Origin: Acidobacteriota bacterium
GTDB taxonomy: Bacteria; Acidobacteriota; Terriglobia; Bryobacterales; Bryobacteraceae
Direction of reading: 5' to 3'
NCBI GenBank assembly: GCA_037446115.1
Contig: JBBIJF010000002.1
Coordinates: 204,994 to 268,993, forward strand
Length of the DNA: 64,000 bases
The translations under genes were made by a program, and so were the position numbers. This document shows, in pieces, positions 56,670 through 64,000 of this stretch (its first letter is position 1; every line of letters starts with the position of its first letter). The notes under the pieces are model-generated. The model saw only the letters and a list, made by a program, of their open reading frames with translations. It was not told the DNA's origin and made no database searches.

Positions 56670-56833
56670 AGCTCATTGCCGCCATCAGCCTGCTGAGCCT
56701 GGCCGGATGTCTGGCCGCTCCCATCGCTTATTTCCTCGGCGCCGCCGACGTGACCACCTACAAACGGCTCTTGTTCGTTTTCTCCGTGATCTGGTTTGTC
56801 GCCGCCACGGCGTGGGCGTCGCGAAAAAGCTGA
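56666..56833 (+). CDS. possible small membrane protein (55 aa, GTG start, overlaps transporter stop)
   Basis: KLIAAISLLSLAGCLAAPIAYFLGAADVTTYKRLLFVFSVIWFVAATAWASRKS; below ORF-track cutoff. Confidence 0.2.
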   Translation: MKLIAAISLLSLAGCLAAPIAYFLGAADVTTYKRLLFVFSVIWFVAATAWASRKS

Positions 56834-56849
56834 TCCCGGAGACGGCGCC

Positions 56850-57308
56850 ATGGCCCCGGGCGTCCGCATTCGGCGTTTTGTCCCCGCCGATTTTGAAGCT
56901 GTGCTCGAGCTGGAACGCGCCACTTTCGGACCGGGCGCCTGGCGCCGCGAAATGTTCGGCCAAGTCGCGCACCCCCCTGCAGGGCTGCTGCTGGTGGCCG
57001 AACGCGGCCGCAGCATCGCCGGCTACGTGGCGGCCTGGAAAAGCGGCCTGAAAGCCGAAATCGTCTCCATCGCGGTGGAGCGCCGGCAGCGCGGCAGCGG
57101 CATCGGCGCCGCCCTCATCCGGCAGGCACTCCGGGAACTGGCCCGCCGCGGAGTCCGCAAAACCGAATTGATGGTCCGCGCGGATAACCGCGCCGCCATC
57201 CGCTTCTACCAGCGCCTCGGCTTCCGCCGCGCCGGATGGGTGCCGGGCTACTACGAAGACGGATCCGCCGGCCTCCGCATGCGCTGCACCTTGCCCTGGG
57301 CGGCGTGA
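56850..57308 (+). CDS. GNAT-family N-acetyltransferase (RimI-like)
   Basis: VERRQRGSGIGAALIRQALREL (acetyl-CoA binding Q/RxxGxG/A) and FYQRLGFRRAG. Confidence 0.75.
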   Translation: MAPGVRIRRFVPADFEAVLELERATFGPGAWRREMFGQVAHPPAGLLLVAERGRSIAGYVAAWKSGLKAEIVSIAVERRQRGSGIGAALIRQALRELARRGVRKTELMVRADNRAAIRFYQRLGFRRAGWVPGYYEDGSAGLRMRCTLPWAA

Positions 57309-57393
57309 GTCCAGGAGGCGGCCCGGCGGTGCATGGCTTACGCTTTGCCACCCCTGTTAGCTACGCTGGAAAGAGGAGAACTCCCCGGAACCG

Positions 57394-58362
57394 ATGCGGT
57401 GGCCTGAGTGGGCGGAGCGCCTCCGCCCCACGCTCCGATACTGGATGGAAACGGAGGTGCACGTCTATGCGTTTGCCGTGGCGGCCTGCGTGCTCCTTTC
57501 GTTCTTTCCGTTCCTGATCGTGATCCTCGCCTTCTGCCGCCACGTACTCAATTGGCGCGCCGCGGCGGATGCGCTGAATCTGGCCCTTTCCGACTACTTT
57601 CCCGGCGCCCTGGGCGAGTTCATCCAGCGCAACCTGTGGGTCACCGTGGCGGAGCGGGGTGAACTGCCGGTCGTCTCGCTCCTGTTGCTCCTGTTCGTCG
57701 CCAACGGAATCTTCGAGCCGCTCGAAGTGGCCTTCAACCGCGCCTGGGGCGTGCCGAAACACCGCAGCTTCCTCCGCAACCAGCTGGTCAGCTTCGCGCT
57801 GATTCTGGTCTGCGGAACCCTCGCGCTGGCCTCGACCACGTTCGCCGCGCTCAACCAGGAAATCTGGCGCAAGCTGCTGGGCCCCAGCTCCTGGCTCCTG
57901 ACGGCCGTGGGGCTGGCCGCGTTCAAACTGGCCGCCATCCCGGTCTCCATCCTGATCCTGCTGCTGGTCTACTGGCTGCTGCCGAATCGCAGGATCCGGG
58001 CGCGCGATGTGGTGCCTGCAGCGGTGATCGTGGGCCTGGCCCTGGAGATTCTGAAATACGTGAACCTTCTGACCTGGCCCCTGCTGCGCGTCAAGCTCTC
58101 GCGCGAATACGGTCCTTTCGTCTATTCGGCCTCGATTCTGCTATGGAGCTTTTTTGCGGCGATGATCGTGCTGGCGGGAGCGGAATGGTCCGCGCGCAAG
58201 GCCCGGCCGTCCGAGCAGGCCGCCGGCGGCGCGGGTCCTGATTTCTCAGATGCGCAATTGCAACTCCATCCGGAAGCGGATAGACTTGAAGAGAAATTTA
58301 CCTCGCAACCATACTCTGAGGTACTCGGCGATGGCCAAAAACAGCAATCCCACGCGTCGTGA
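57394..58362 (+). CDS. YihY/BrkB-family membrane protein (second paralog in window)
   Basis: Six TM helices; ...VYWLLPNRRIRARDVVPAAVIVGLALEILKYVNLLTW... family core. Confidence 0.75.
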   Translation: MRWPEWAERLRPTLRYWMETEVHVYAFAVAACVLLSFFPFLIVILAFCRHVLNWRAAADALNLALSDYFPGALGEFIQRNLWVTVAERGELPVVSLLLLLFVANGIFEPLEVAFNRAWGVPKHRSFLRNQLVSFALILVCGTLALASTTFAALNQEIWRKLLGPSSWLLTAVGLAAFKLAAIPVSILILLLVYWLLPNRRIRARDVVPAAVIVGLALEILKYVNLLTWPLLRVKLSREYGPFVYSASILLWSFFAAMIVLAGAEWSARKARPSEQAAGGAGPDFSDAQLQLHPEADRLEEKFTSQPYSEVLGDGQKQQSHAS

Positions 58363-59716
58363 TTTTGTGAAGACCGCCGGCGCCGCCGCTGCGGCCGCAT
58401 CTGCGTTTCCGGCGCCCGCGATCCAGAAGGTACGGGCCGCCAACGACCAGGTCCTCTACGGGGTGATTGGAACCGGCGGCCGCGGCACCTACCTGCTGCG
58501 GCACCTCCGCGGGATTGACAGCGGCCGCTGCGTCGCCGTGTGCGATATCTACGAGCCCGCCCTGAAAAACGGCGTCGCCGCCGCCGGAACCAATCCGGCG
58601 GCCTACAAAGACTACCGCGAGCTGCTCGCCCGCAAAGACATTGACGCCGTGCTGATCGCCACGCCGCTCTACCTGCACTTTGCTCCGACGCGCGACGCCC
58701 TCCAGGCCGGCAAGCACGTCTTTTGCGAGAAAAGCCTCGTCTTCAAGGCCGAGGAGGTGCATGCTTTGCGCGCTCTGGTCCGCCAGTACCCCAAACAGGT
58801 GTTGCAGGTGGGACTCCAGCGCCGCTACAGCCAGTTCTACCAGACGGCCAAGCAGATGATTGACAAGGGCCTGCTCGGCAACGTGACGCACATCAAGGCC
58901 CAGTGGCACCGCAATCCCGGCTGGACCATGAAACCCAACCAGCCCCGCGAGCGCAACTGGCGCCTGTTCCGGGAGTTCTCCGGCGGCCTCACCGCTGAGC
59001 TGGCCTCCCACCAAATTGACGTCGCCGACTGGATGTTCGGCGCGCACCCGGAGTACGTGGTCGGCGTCGGAGGCCTGGAGTTCATCCGGGACGGCCGCGA
59101 CGTCTACGACAACATCCAGCTCATCTTCAAGTACCCGAAAGGCCAAAAGCTGATTTACACCGCCATCAGCACCAACAAACATCTGCCTTTGTTCGGCGGC
59201 ACCCGCACCGAATTCGGCGAGTGCATCATGGGCACCGAAGGCACGATCGAGATCACCGTGGGTACCGACAACGAGCCGGCCATTGCGCTCTGGTATTACG
59301 AGCCCGGGCCGCCCCGGGTCACCAGCGCCGCGCAGGCCAAAGAAAGACCGGCGATCGCGGGCGCAACCTTGGCTACCACTGGACGCGGAGCGCGCGGCTT
59401 CCCGGTACTGCTCGAGAAGGATCAGTTCCGCGGCAACGAGTCGTTCCTCGAAAAAGAACTCAAGTACGCACGCCGGTGGCTGTACAGCAAGGGCGTGATG
59501 GTCCCCGAAGAGGACCGCAACCCCGTGGATGTGCAGCTCGAGAGCTTCTTTGAATGCGTCCGCACCGGCGCCCGGCCCAGGGCCGACGTCGAGGTGGGCC
59601 TGCAGGACTCCACCGCCGTGATTCTGGCCAACCTCGCCATGGACGAGGGCCGCCGCGTCTACTTCAGCGAGATCGAGCAGATGGGCCGCGGCGAACCCGC
59701 GCGAAAAAAGGCCTGA
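58331..59716 (+). CDS. Gfo/Idh/MocA-family oxidoreductase with Tat signal
   Basis: MAKNSNPTRRDFVKTAGAAAAAASAF Tat motif; Rossmann YGVIGTGGRGT; overlaps yihY-like stop. Confidence 0.8.
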   Translation: MAKNSNPTRRDFVKTAGAAAAAASAFPAPAIQKVRAANDQVLYGVIGTGGRGTYLLRHLRGIDSGRCVAVCDIYEPALKNGVAAAGTNPAAYKDYRELLARKDIDAVLIATPLYLHFAPTRDALQAGKHVFCEKSLVFKAEEVHALRALVRQYPKQVLQVGLQRRYSQFYQTAKQMIDKGLLGNVTHIKAQWHRNPGWTMKPNQPRERNWRLFREFSGGLTAELASHQIDVADWMFGAHPEYVVGVGGLEFIRDGRDVYDNIQLIFKYPKGQKLIYTAISTNKHLPLFGGTRTEFGECIMGTEGTIEITVGTDNEPAIALWYYEPGPPRVTSAAQAKERPAIAGATLATTGRGARGFPVLLEKDQFRGNESFLEKELKYARRWLYSKGVMVPEEDRNPVDVQLESFFECVRTGARPRADVEVGLQDSTAVILANLAMDEGRRVYFSEIEQMGRGEPARKKA

Positions 59717-59848
59717 GCAAGCCCCCGGAAGGCAGCGAAGCCGACCCGCAGCCCTCGCCGCCGTGGGCCCGAGCGGAACCTGCCCGAGGTGCTGAACTTT
59801 TCGGGCTTCTCAAGTGGTAGGACGCGTGCGCGCCGCTTCCACCAACCT

Positions 59849-60442
59849 CTAAAACTCCGGCCTGCCTTTGTAATACAGCTCCCGCGCGTCGAATTCCGCG
59901 GTCCGGTACGGAAACACAGCCGCCGGCAGGTAGAGCTCGAAACGGAGCTTGCGAAAATCGCTCCGCACCGGGCGGGGAAACACCAGCCGAAGGTAAGGGT
60001 CCGAAGGGCTCGGCGGAAAGTGACCGGCCAGGCGGTGCCGCTCCCGGCCGGCGATCATCACCGACTCCTGCTCCATGCGCCGGATTTGTTCCTCATCCAC
60101 CGGCCCCGGCGGATTGTCCACACGCACCGCCAGCACCACGTACTTGCCCTCGTTTTGCGCCAAGAACTCCTCGTACTCTTCCGCCGCCGGGTCTTCCGGA
60201 GGAGGGCCCTCGCGCCGCCGCCGCAGCTCCTGTTCGGCCTCTCGCACCGGCCTGGCCGTCGCCAGATAGACAAACACTCCCGGAACCGAACCTCCCCGTG
60301 CGCGCAGCGTCAGCGTCTGGACCCAGGGAGAGGCCGAGAGGAGCTGCTGGAGCTCCTCATCGGTCCATTGCTCGGACGGCTTCGTCTCCCAGAAAGGAGC
60401 CTGAAACAGCCATGCGAGAAGGCAGAAATGCGCTGCGGCCAT
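59849..60442 (-). CDS. hypothetical secreted protein (signal peptide MAAAHFCLLAWLFQAPF)
   Basis: Coding-like composition versus Arg-rich antisense ORF; no family recognised. Confidence 0.45.
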   Translation of the reverse strand: MAAAHFCLLAWLFQAPFWETKPSEQWTDEELQQLLSASPWVQTLTLRARGGSVPGVFVYLATARPVREAEQELRRRREGPPPEDPAAEEYEEFLAQNEGKYVVLAVRVDNPPGPVDEEQIRRMEQESVMIAGRERHRLAGHFPPSPSDPYLRLVFPRPVRSDFRKLRFELYLPAAVFPYRTAEFDARELYYKGRPEF

Positions 60443-60473
60443 CCCGGGACACCTTACGGTATTCTAGCCGGAG

Positions 60474-61547
60474 ATGAGCGAGGTCACGTTTCGCGGCCGC
60501 CGCGCCGTCTCGATCGAAAACGAGTTGCTGCGCATCACCGTGCTCGTCGAAGGCGGCCACATCGCCGAAATCCTGGATAAACCGAGCGGCCTCAACCCGC
60601 TCTGGATCCCGCCTTGGCCTTCGATCGAGCCCTCCGCCTACGACCCCGCCCGCCATGCCGCATACGGCACGGGCCCCGAGAGCCGGCTGCTGGCAGGGAT
60701 CATGGGCCACAATCTCTGCCTGGACCTGTTCGGGCCCCCGTCGCCGGAAGAAGCCGCCGCGGGCCGCACGGTGCACGGCGAAGCTTCGGTGGCGCCCTAC
60801 GACCTCCACGCCGGCGGCGGCGAACTGGTGGCGCGGGCGCACTTCCCCGTGGCGCGCCTGGCGTTTGAACGCCGCATCCGGCTTGCACCGGATCGTCCGG
60901 TGGTCCGTTTTACCGAAACCGTGGAGAACCTCTCCGCGGCGGATCACCCGATCGCCTGGACCCAGCATGTCACCCTGGGCCCGCCCTTCCTGGAAAAAGG
61001 CGCCACCGAGTTTCGCATCCCTGCCGCTCGCTCCAAGGTCTTCGAGGGAGACTTTGCCGGCGACAAAGGCGCGCTCGAGCCCGGCGCAGCATTCGAGTGG
61101 CCCTACGCTCCGCGCAGAGACGGCGGCGCCCAGGATCTGCGCGTGCTCACCGGCGCCCCGGCCTCCGGCGCCTACACCGCGCACCTGATGGACCCGCGGC
61201 GCGAACATGCCTTCTTCCTCGCCTTCTCGCCCGCGCGCCGGATGGTGTTCGGCTACGTCTGGCACCGCGCCGATTTTCCCTGGCTCGGAATCTGGGAAGA
61301 GAATTACAGCCGTGCCAACCCTCCCTGGAACGGCACCACGCTGGCCCTGGGCATGGAGTTCGGCGTCTCGCCGATGCCCGAGCCGCGCCGGTCAATGATC
61401 GAGCGGGGCACGCTCTTCGGCGTTCCGTGCTACCGCTGGCTTCCGGCGCGCAGCCGCCTCCGGGCGGACTACTGCGCCTTTCTCGGCCCGGCGGAGGCTC
61501 TTCCGGACTCAGTCCGCTGGGACGGGGAATGGGAAGTGGTCTGGTAA
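60474..61547 (+). CDS. hypothetical protein, possibly aldose-1-epimerase/galactose-mutarotase-like beta-sandwich
   Basis: 357 aa, His/Asp/Glu-rich beta-rich composition; weak resemblance only. Confidence 0.4.
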   Translation: MSEVTFRGRRAVSIENELLRITVLVEGGHIAEILDKPSGLNPLWIPPWPSIEPSAYDPARHAAYGTGPESRLLAGIMGHNLCLDLFGPPSPEEAAAGRTVHGEASVAPYDLHAGGGELVARAHFPVARLAFERRIRLAPDRPVVRFTETVENLSAADHPIAWTQHVTLGPPFLEKGATEFRIPAARSKVFEGDFAGDKGALEPGAAFEWPYAPRRDGGAQDLRVLTGAPASGAYTAHLMDPRREHAFFLAFSPARRMVFGYVWHRADFPWLGIWEENYSRANPPWNGTTLALGMEFGVSPMPEPRRSMIERGTLFGVPCYRWLPARSRLRADYCAFLGPAEALPDSVRWDGEWEVVW

Positions 61548-62477
61548 GTCCACGTTGCCCCCGGAAAGAATCACTCCCACAGACCGGATCCCGGCGGGCA
61601 GCTTCCGATGCAGCACGGCCGCGGCGGCCACGGCCCCGCTCGGCTCCACAAGGATCTTGAGCCGTTCGAGCAGGAACCGCATCGCCTCGCGGATCTCCTC
61701 CTCGCTCACCAGCAGCACCCCCTCCAGATGCCGCTGAAGGATGGGAAACGTGATCTCGCCCGGTGAGGTGGCGCGCAGGCCGTCCGCGATCGTATCCGGC
61801 GCCGGAATCTCCACCCGGCGTCCGGCGGCGAGCGAAAGGAAGGTGTCGCGGGCGCGCTCCGGCTCGGCGCCGAACAGCCGGATCCCGGGCGCCAGACTGC
61901 GCGCCGCGATCGAGCAGCCCGAAAGCAGCCCTCCGCCCCCCACCGGAGCCACCAGCGCATCGAGCTCGCCGGCGTCTTCCAGCAGCTCGAGCCCCGCCGT
62001 GCCCTGACCGGCGATGATCCACGGGTGATCAAAGGGAGGAACCAGCGCCGCTCCGCTTTGTTCGGCGATCCGCCGCCCGATCGCCTCCCGGCTTTCCCGG
62101 CGCCGGTCGTAGGTGATGATGGTGGCGCCGCGCGCACGCGTGGCCTCGAGCTTCGCGCGCGGCGCGTCTTCCGGCATCACCAGCGTGGCCGGAACGCCCA
62201 GCGACTGGGCCGCGATGGCCACCGCCTGCGCGTGGTTTCCCGAAGAGTACGCCACCACGCCGCGCCGCAACTGCTCCGGACCGAGCGAGCGCAGGAAATT
62301 AGTCGCGCCGCGGATCTTGAACGAACCGCCCCGCTGGAGGTTTTCGCACTTGAACAAAGTGCGTACGCCCGCTCGTGCGTCGAAGCTCCGCGACGTCATC
62401 ACCGGCGTCCGGTGTGCCAGTCCCCGGATCCGTTCCGCCGCCCGCTGGACGTCCTCGATGGTGACCGCCTCAGACAT
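61509..62477 (-). CDS. PLP-dependent threonine/serine dehydratase (tryptophan synthase beta superfamily, catabolic type)
   Basis: PLP lysine motif ENLQRGGSFKIRGA, GNHAQAVA, SGGN loop. Confidence 0.8.
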   Translation of the reverse strand: MSEAVTIEDVQRAAERIRGLAHRTPVMTSRSFDARAGVRTLFKCENLQRGGSFKIRGATNFLRSLGPEQLRRGVVAYSSGNHAQAVAIAAQSLGVPATLVMPEDAPRAKLEATRARGATIITYDRRRESREAIGRRIAEQSGAALVPPFDHPWIIAGQGTAGLELLEDAGELDALVAPVGGGGLLSGCSIAARSLAPGIRLFGAEPERARDTFLSLAAGRRVEIPAPDTIADGLRATSPGEITFPILQRHLEGVLLVSEEEIREAMRFLLERLKILVEPSGAVAAAAVLHRKLPAGIRSVGVILSGGNVDLPDHFPFPVPAD

Positions 62478-63615
62478 GGATCGGATTGCGCCGCACGGAG
62501 CGAATCACCGCAGCGAGTTCCGCCATGCCTTCGGCGTCGCTCATGAGCACGCGATGCGGCAGCCAGAAGGCGTCGCGCACGCACTCCTCGGCCACGGGAC
62601 ACGGCTCCACCCGGCAGCCGCCGCTCTGATATACCGGGTTCGCATAGAGCGGGTGCGGATAGAAGGGCGTGCACGGGATGCCGTTCGCCGCCAGCGCTTC
62701 ACACAGCGCGTCGCGGTCCGCCCCGAACCGCCGCGCGTCCATCCGCCCGAGCAGCAGATAGTGAGAATGCCGCGCCGCAGCCGGCGGCGCCTGCTGCCAG
62801 CAAATCCCTTCGACGTCGCTCAGGGCCGCCTTCAGAGCTTCGGCATTCCGCCTGCGCAAGCAGATCTGCTCGGGAAGCCGTTCGAGCTGCGCCAGCAACA
62901 CCGCGGCCTGCAGCGCCGTCATGCGGTAGTTGGTGCCGAGCGTAAAGTGGTGGAACCAGCCTGACCCGGGCCGCCGGCCCTGGTTGGCCAGCGAGCGCGC
63001 ACAGGCGGCAAGATCGGCATCGTTGGTCACCAGCATGCCGCCTTCGCCCGCGGTCATCACTTTGGAGTTCTGAAAACTGAAGATCCCCGCCCGGCCGAAA
63101 CTGCCCGCCCGCCTGCCGTTCCATTCCGAGCCGTGGGCGTGGGCCGCATCCTCGATGAGGATCAGACCACGGTCCCGGGCGAGCGCACTCAGCCGGTCCA
63201 TGTCCGCCATCGGTCCGCCGAAATGCACCACTAACAGCGCTTTGGTGCGTGGGGAAACGGCCGCCGCCGCGCGTTCCGGATCCATGTGGAAGCTGGAGGG
63301 TTCGATATCCACAAAAACCGGCGTGGCGCCCACGCGCGACACCGCCGTCGCCGTCGAGATAAACGAAATCGCCGGCACGATCACCTCGTCGCCCGGGCCG
63401 ACCCCTGCCGCCTCCAGCGCCATCTCGAGGGCCACGGTTCCGTTGGCGCAGCTCACGCCGAAGCCGCAGTGCTGGAAGGCGGCAAAGGCCTGCTCAAACC
63501 GCTCGATGAAGGGATGGAATCCGCCCCACTGCGGGCTCTCCAGGACCTCGCGCAGCAGCTCCCACTCCCGCTCTCCGGCCGCAGGCCACTTCGGGATCCG
63601 CATCTCTTCCAGCAT
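62470..63615 (-). CDS. DegT/DnrJ/EryC1/StrS-family PLP-dependent (sugar) aminotransferase
   Basis: CANGTVALEMAL, ...AHAHGS..., SFQNSKVMTAGEGGMLVT with PLP-Lys. Confidence 0.85.
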   Translation of the reverse strand: MLEEMRIPKWPAAGEREWELLREVLESPQWGGFHPFIERFEQAFAAFQHCGFGVSCANGTVALEMALEAAGVGPGDEVIVPAISFISTATAVSRVGATPVFVDIEPSSFHMDPERAAAAVSPRTKALLVVHFGGPMADMDRLSALARDRGLILIEDAAHAHGSEWNGRRAGSFGRAGIFSFQNSKVMTAGEGGMLVTNDADLAACARSLANQGRRPGSGWFHHFTLGTNYRMTALQAAVLLAQLERLPEQICLRRRNAEALKAALSDVEGICWQQAPPAAARHSHYLLLGRMDARRFGADRDALCEALAANGIPCTPFYPHPLYANPVYQSGGCRVEPCPVAEECVRDAFWLPHRVLMSDAEGMAELAAVIRSVRRNPIHV

Positions 63616-63689
63616 AAACCCCGCTTCGCATGCGTCTCCGGGCCGCAGTTGGCCTGAGATTCTGCCGCCCCGGGCGCCACTAACCATTC

Positions 63690-64000
63690 GTGGACGACAA
63701 GGAACGGCGGCGTGTCATTGATCTGGCGCTCGTCCAGATGGAGAAGCAGTTCGGCAAGGGCGCAGTGCTGCGCCTGGGTTCCCGGCAGGTCATCGCCGTG
63801 GAGGTCATTCCCAGCGGATCCCTTGCCGTGGACGCGGCGCTCGGCGTGGGAGGCTTCCCGCGCGGCCGCGTCGTCGAAATTTTCGGCCCCGAATCCTCCG
63901 GCAAAACCACGCTGGCCTTGCAGGTCATCGCCGAGGCCCAGAGACGGGGCGGCGAAGCCGCCTTTATTGACGCCGAGCACGCCCTGGACGCCGTCTATGC
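63690..64000 (+). CDS. recA: recombinase RecA, N-terminal 103 aa (continues beyond window)
   Basis: GTG start; ...[17 protein letters not shown]...[35 protein letters not shown]... (Walker A). Confidence 0.9.
   Translation, partial: MDDKERRRVIDLALVQMEKQFGKGAVLRLGSRQVIAVEVIPSGSLAVDAALGVGGFPRGRVVEIFGPESSGKTTLALQVIAEAQRRGGEAAFIDAEHALDAVY

Overview
High-GC (about 65-68%) bacterial chromosomal segment, gene-dense on both strands, with no transposases, integrases, CRISPR arrays or rRNA/tRNA genes detected. The gene content (many Tat-exported oxidoreductases, carbon-starvation genes, selenoprotein-style recoding) is typical of a soil Acidobacteria- or Myxococcota-like organism, but that is a guess. 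Most of the window is housekeeping. Recognisable housekeeping genes include ftsY-ribD-riboflavin synthase, the conserved phoH-ybeY-corC-era cluster, atpZ/I/B/E with hemD, cstA plus a ybdD-like small gene, recA, sppA and glpD. There is also an ECF sigma/anti-sigma pair, an NfeD-flotillin pair, and three Tat-signal Gfo/Idh/MocA oxidoreductases. Two stretches deserve a second look. First, 39273..39845 encodes a periplasmic TlpA/redoxin-family thioredoxin-fold protein whose catalytic first cysteine is replaced by an in-frame TGA (W-U-P-Y-C), followed 13 nt later by a hairpin with a GGUC apical loop. This is a strong candidate bacterial selenoprotein with a SECIS element. Second, 9658..15987 is a tightly packed six-gene minus-strand operon: DinG-family helicase, queD, a TIGR00300/LOR-SDH-like enzyme, queF, a coiled-coil SAM methyltransferase and a Tat-signal aldo/keto reductase. 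This is not the canonical queuosine arrangement and may tailor a preQ0/preQ1-derived 7-deazaguanine compound. Other notable items are an NfrB-like GT2 with a C-terminal MshEN/T2SSE_N-like domain next to an AraD-type epimerase, an ankyrin-repeat protein and a NarL-type two-component system; a probable disrupted AlkD-like gene; a tandem double-MBL Tat protein; and two clean intrinsic terminators. Coordinates of starts are inferred from ORF-frame arithmetic and may be off for some N-termini.
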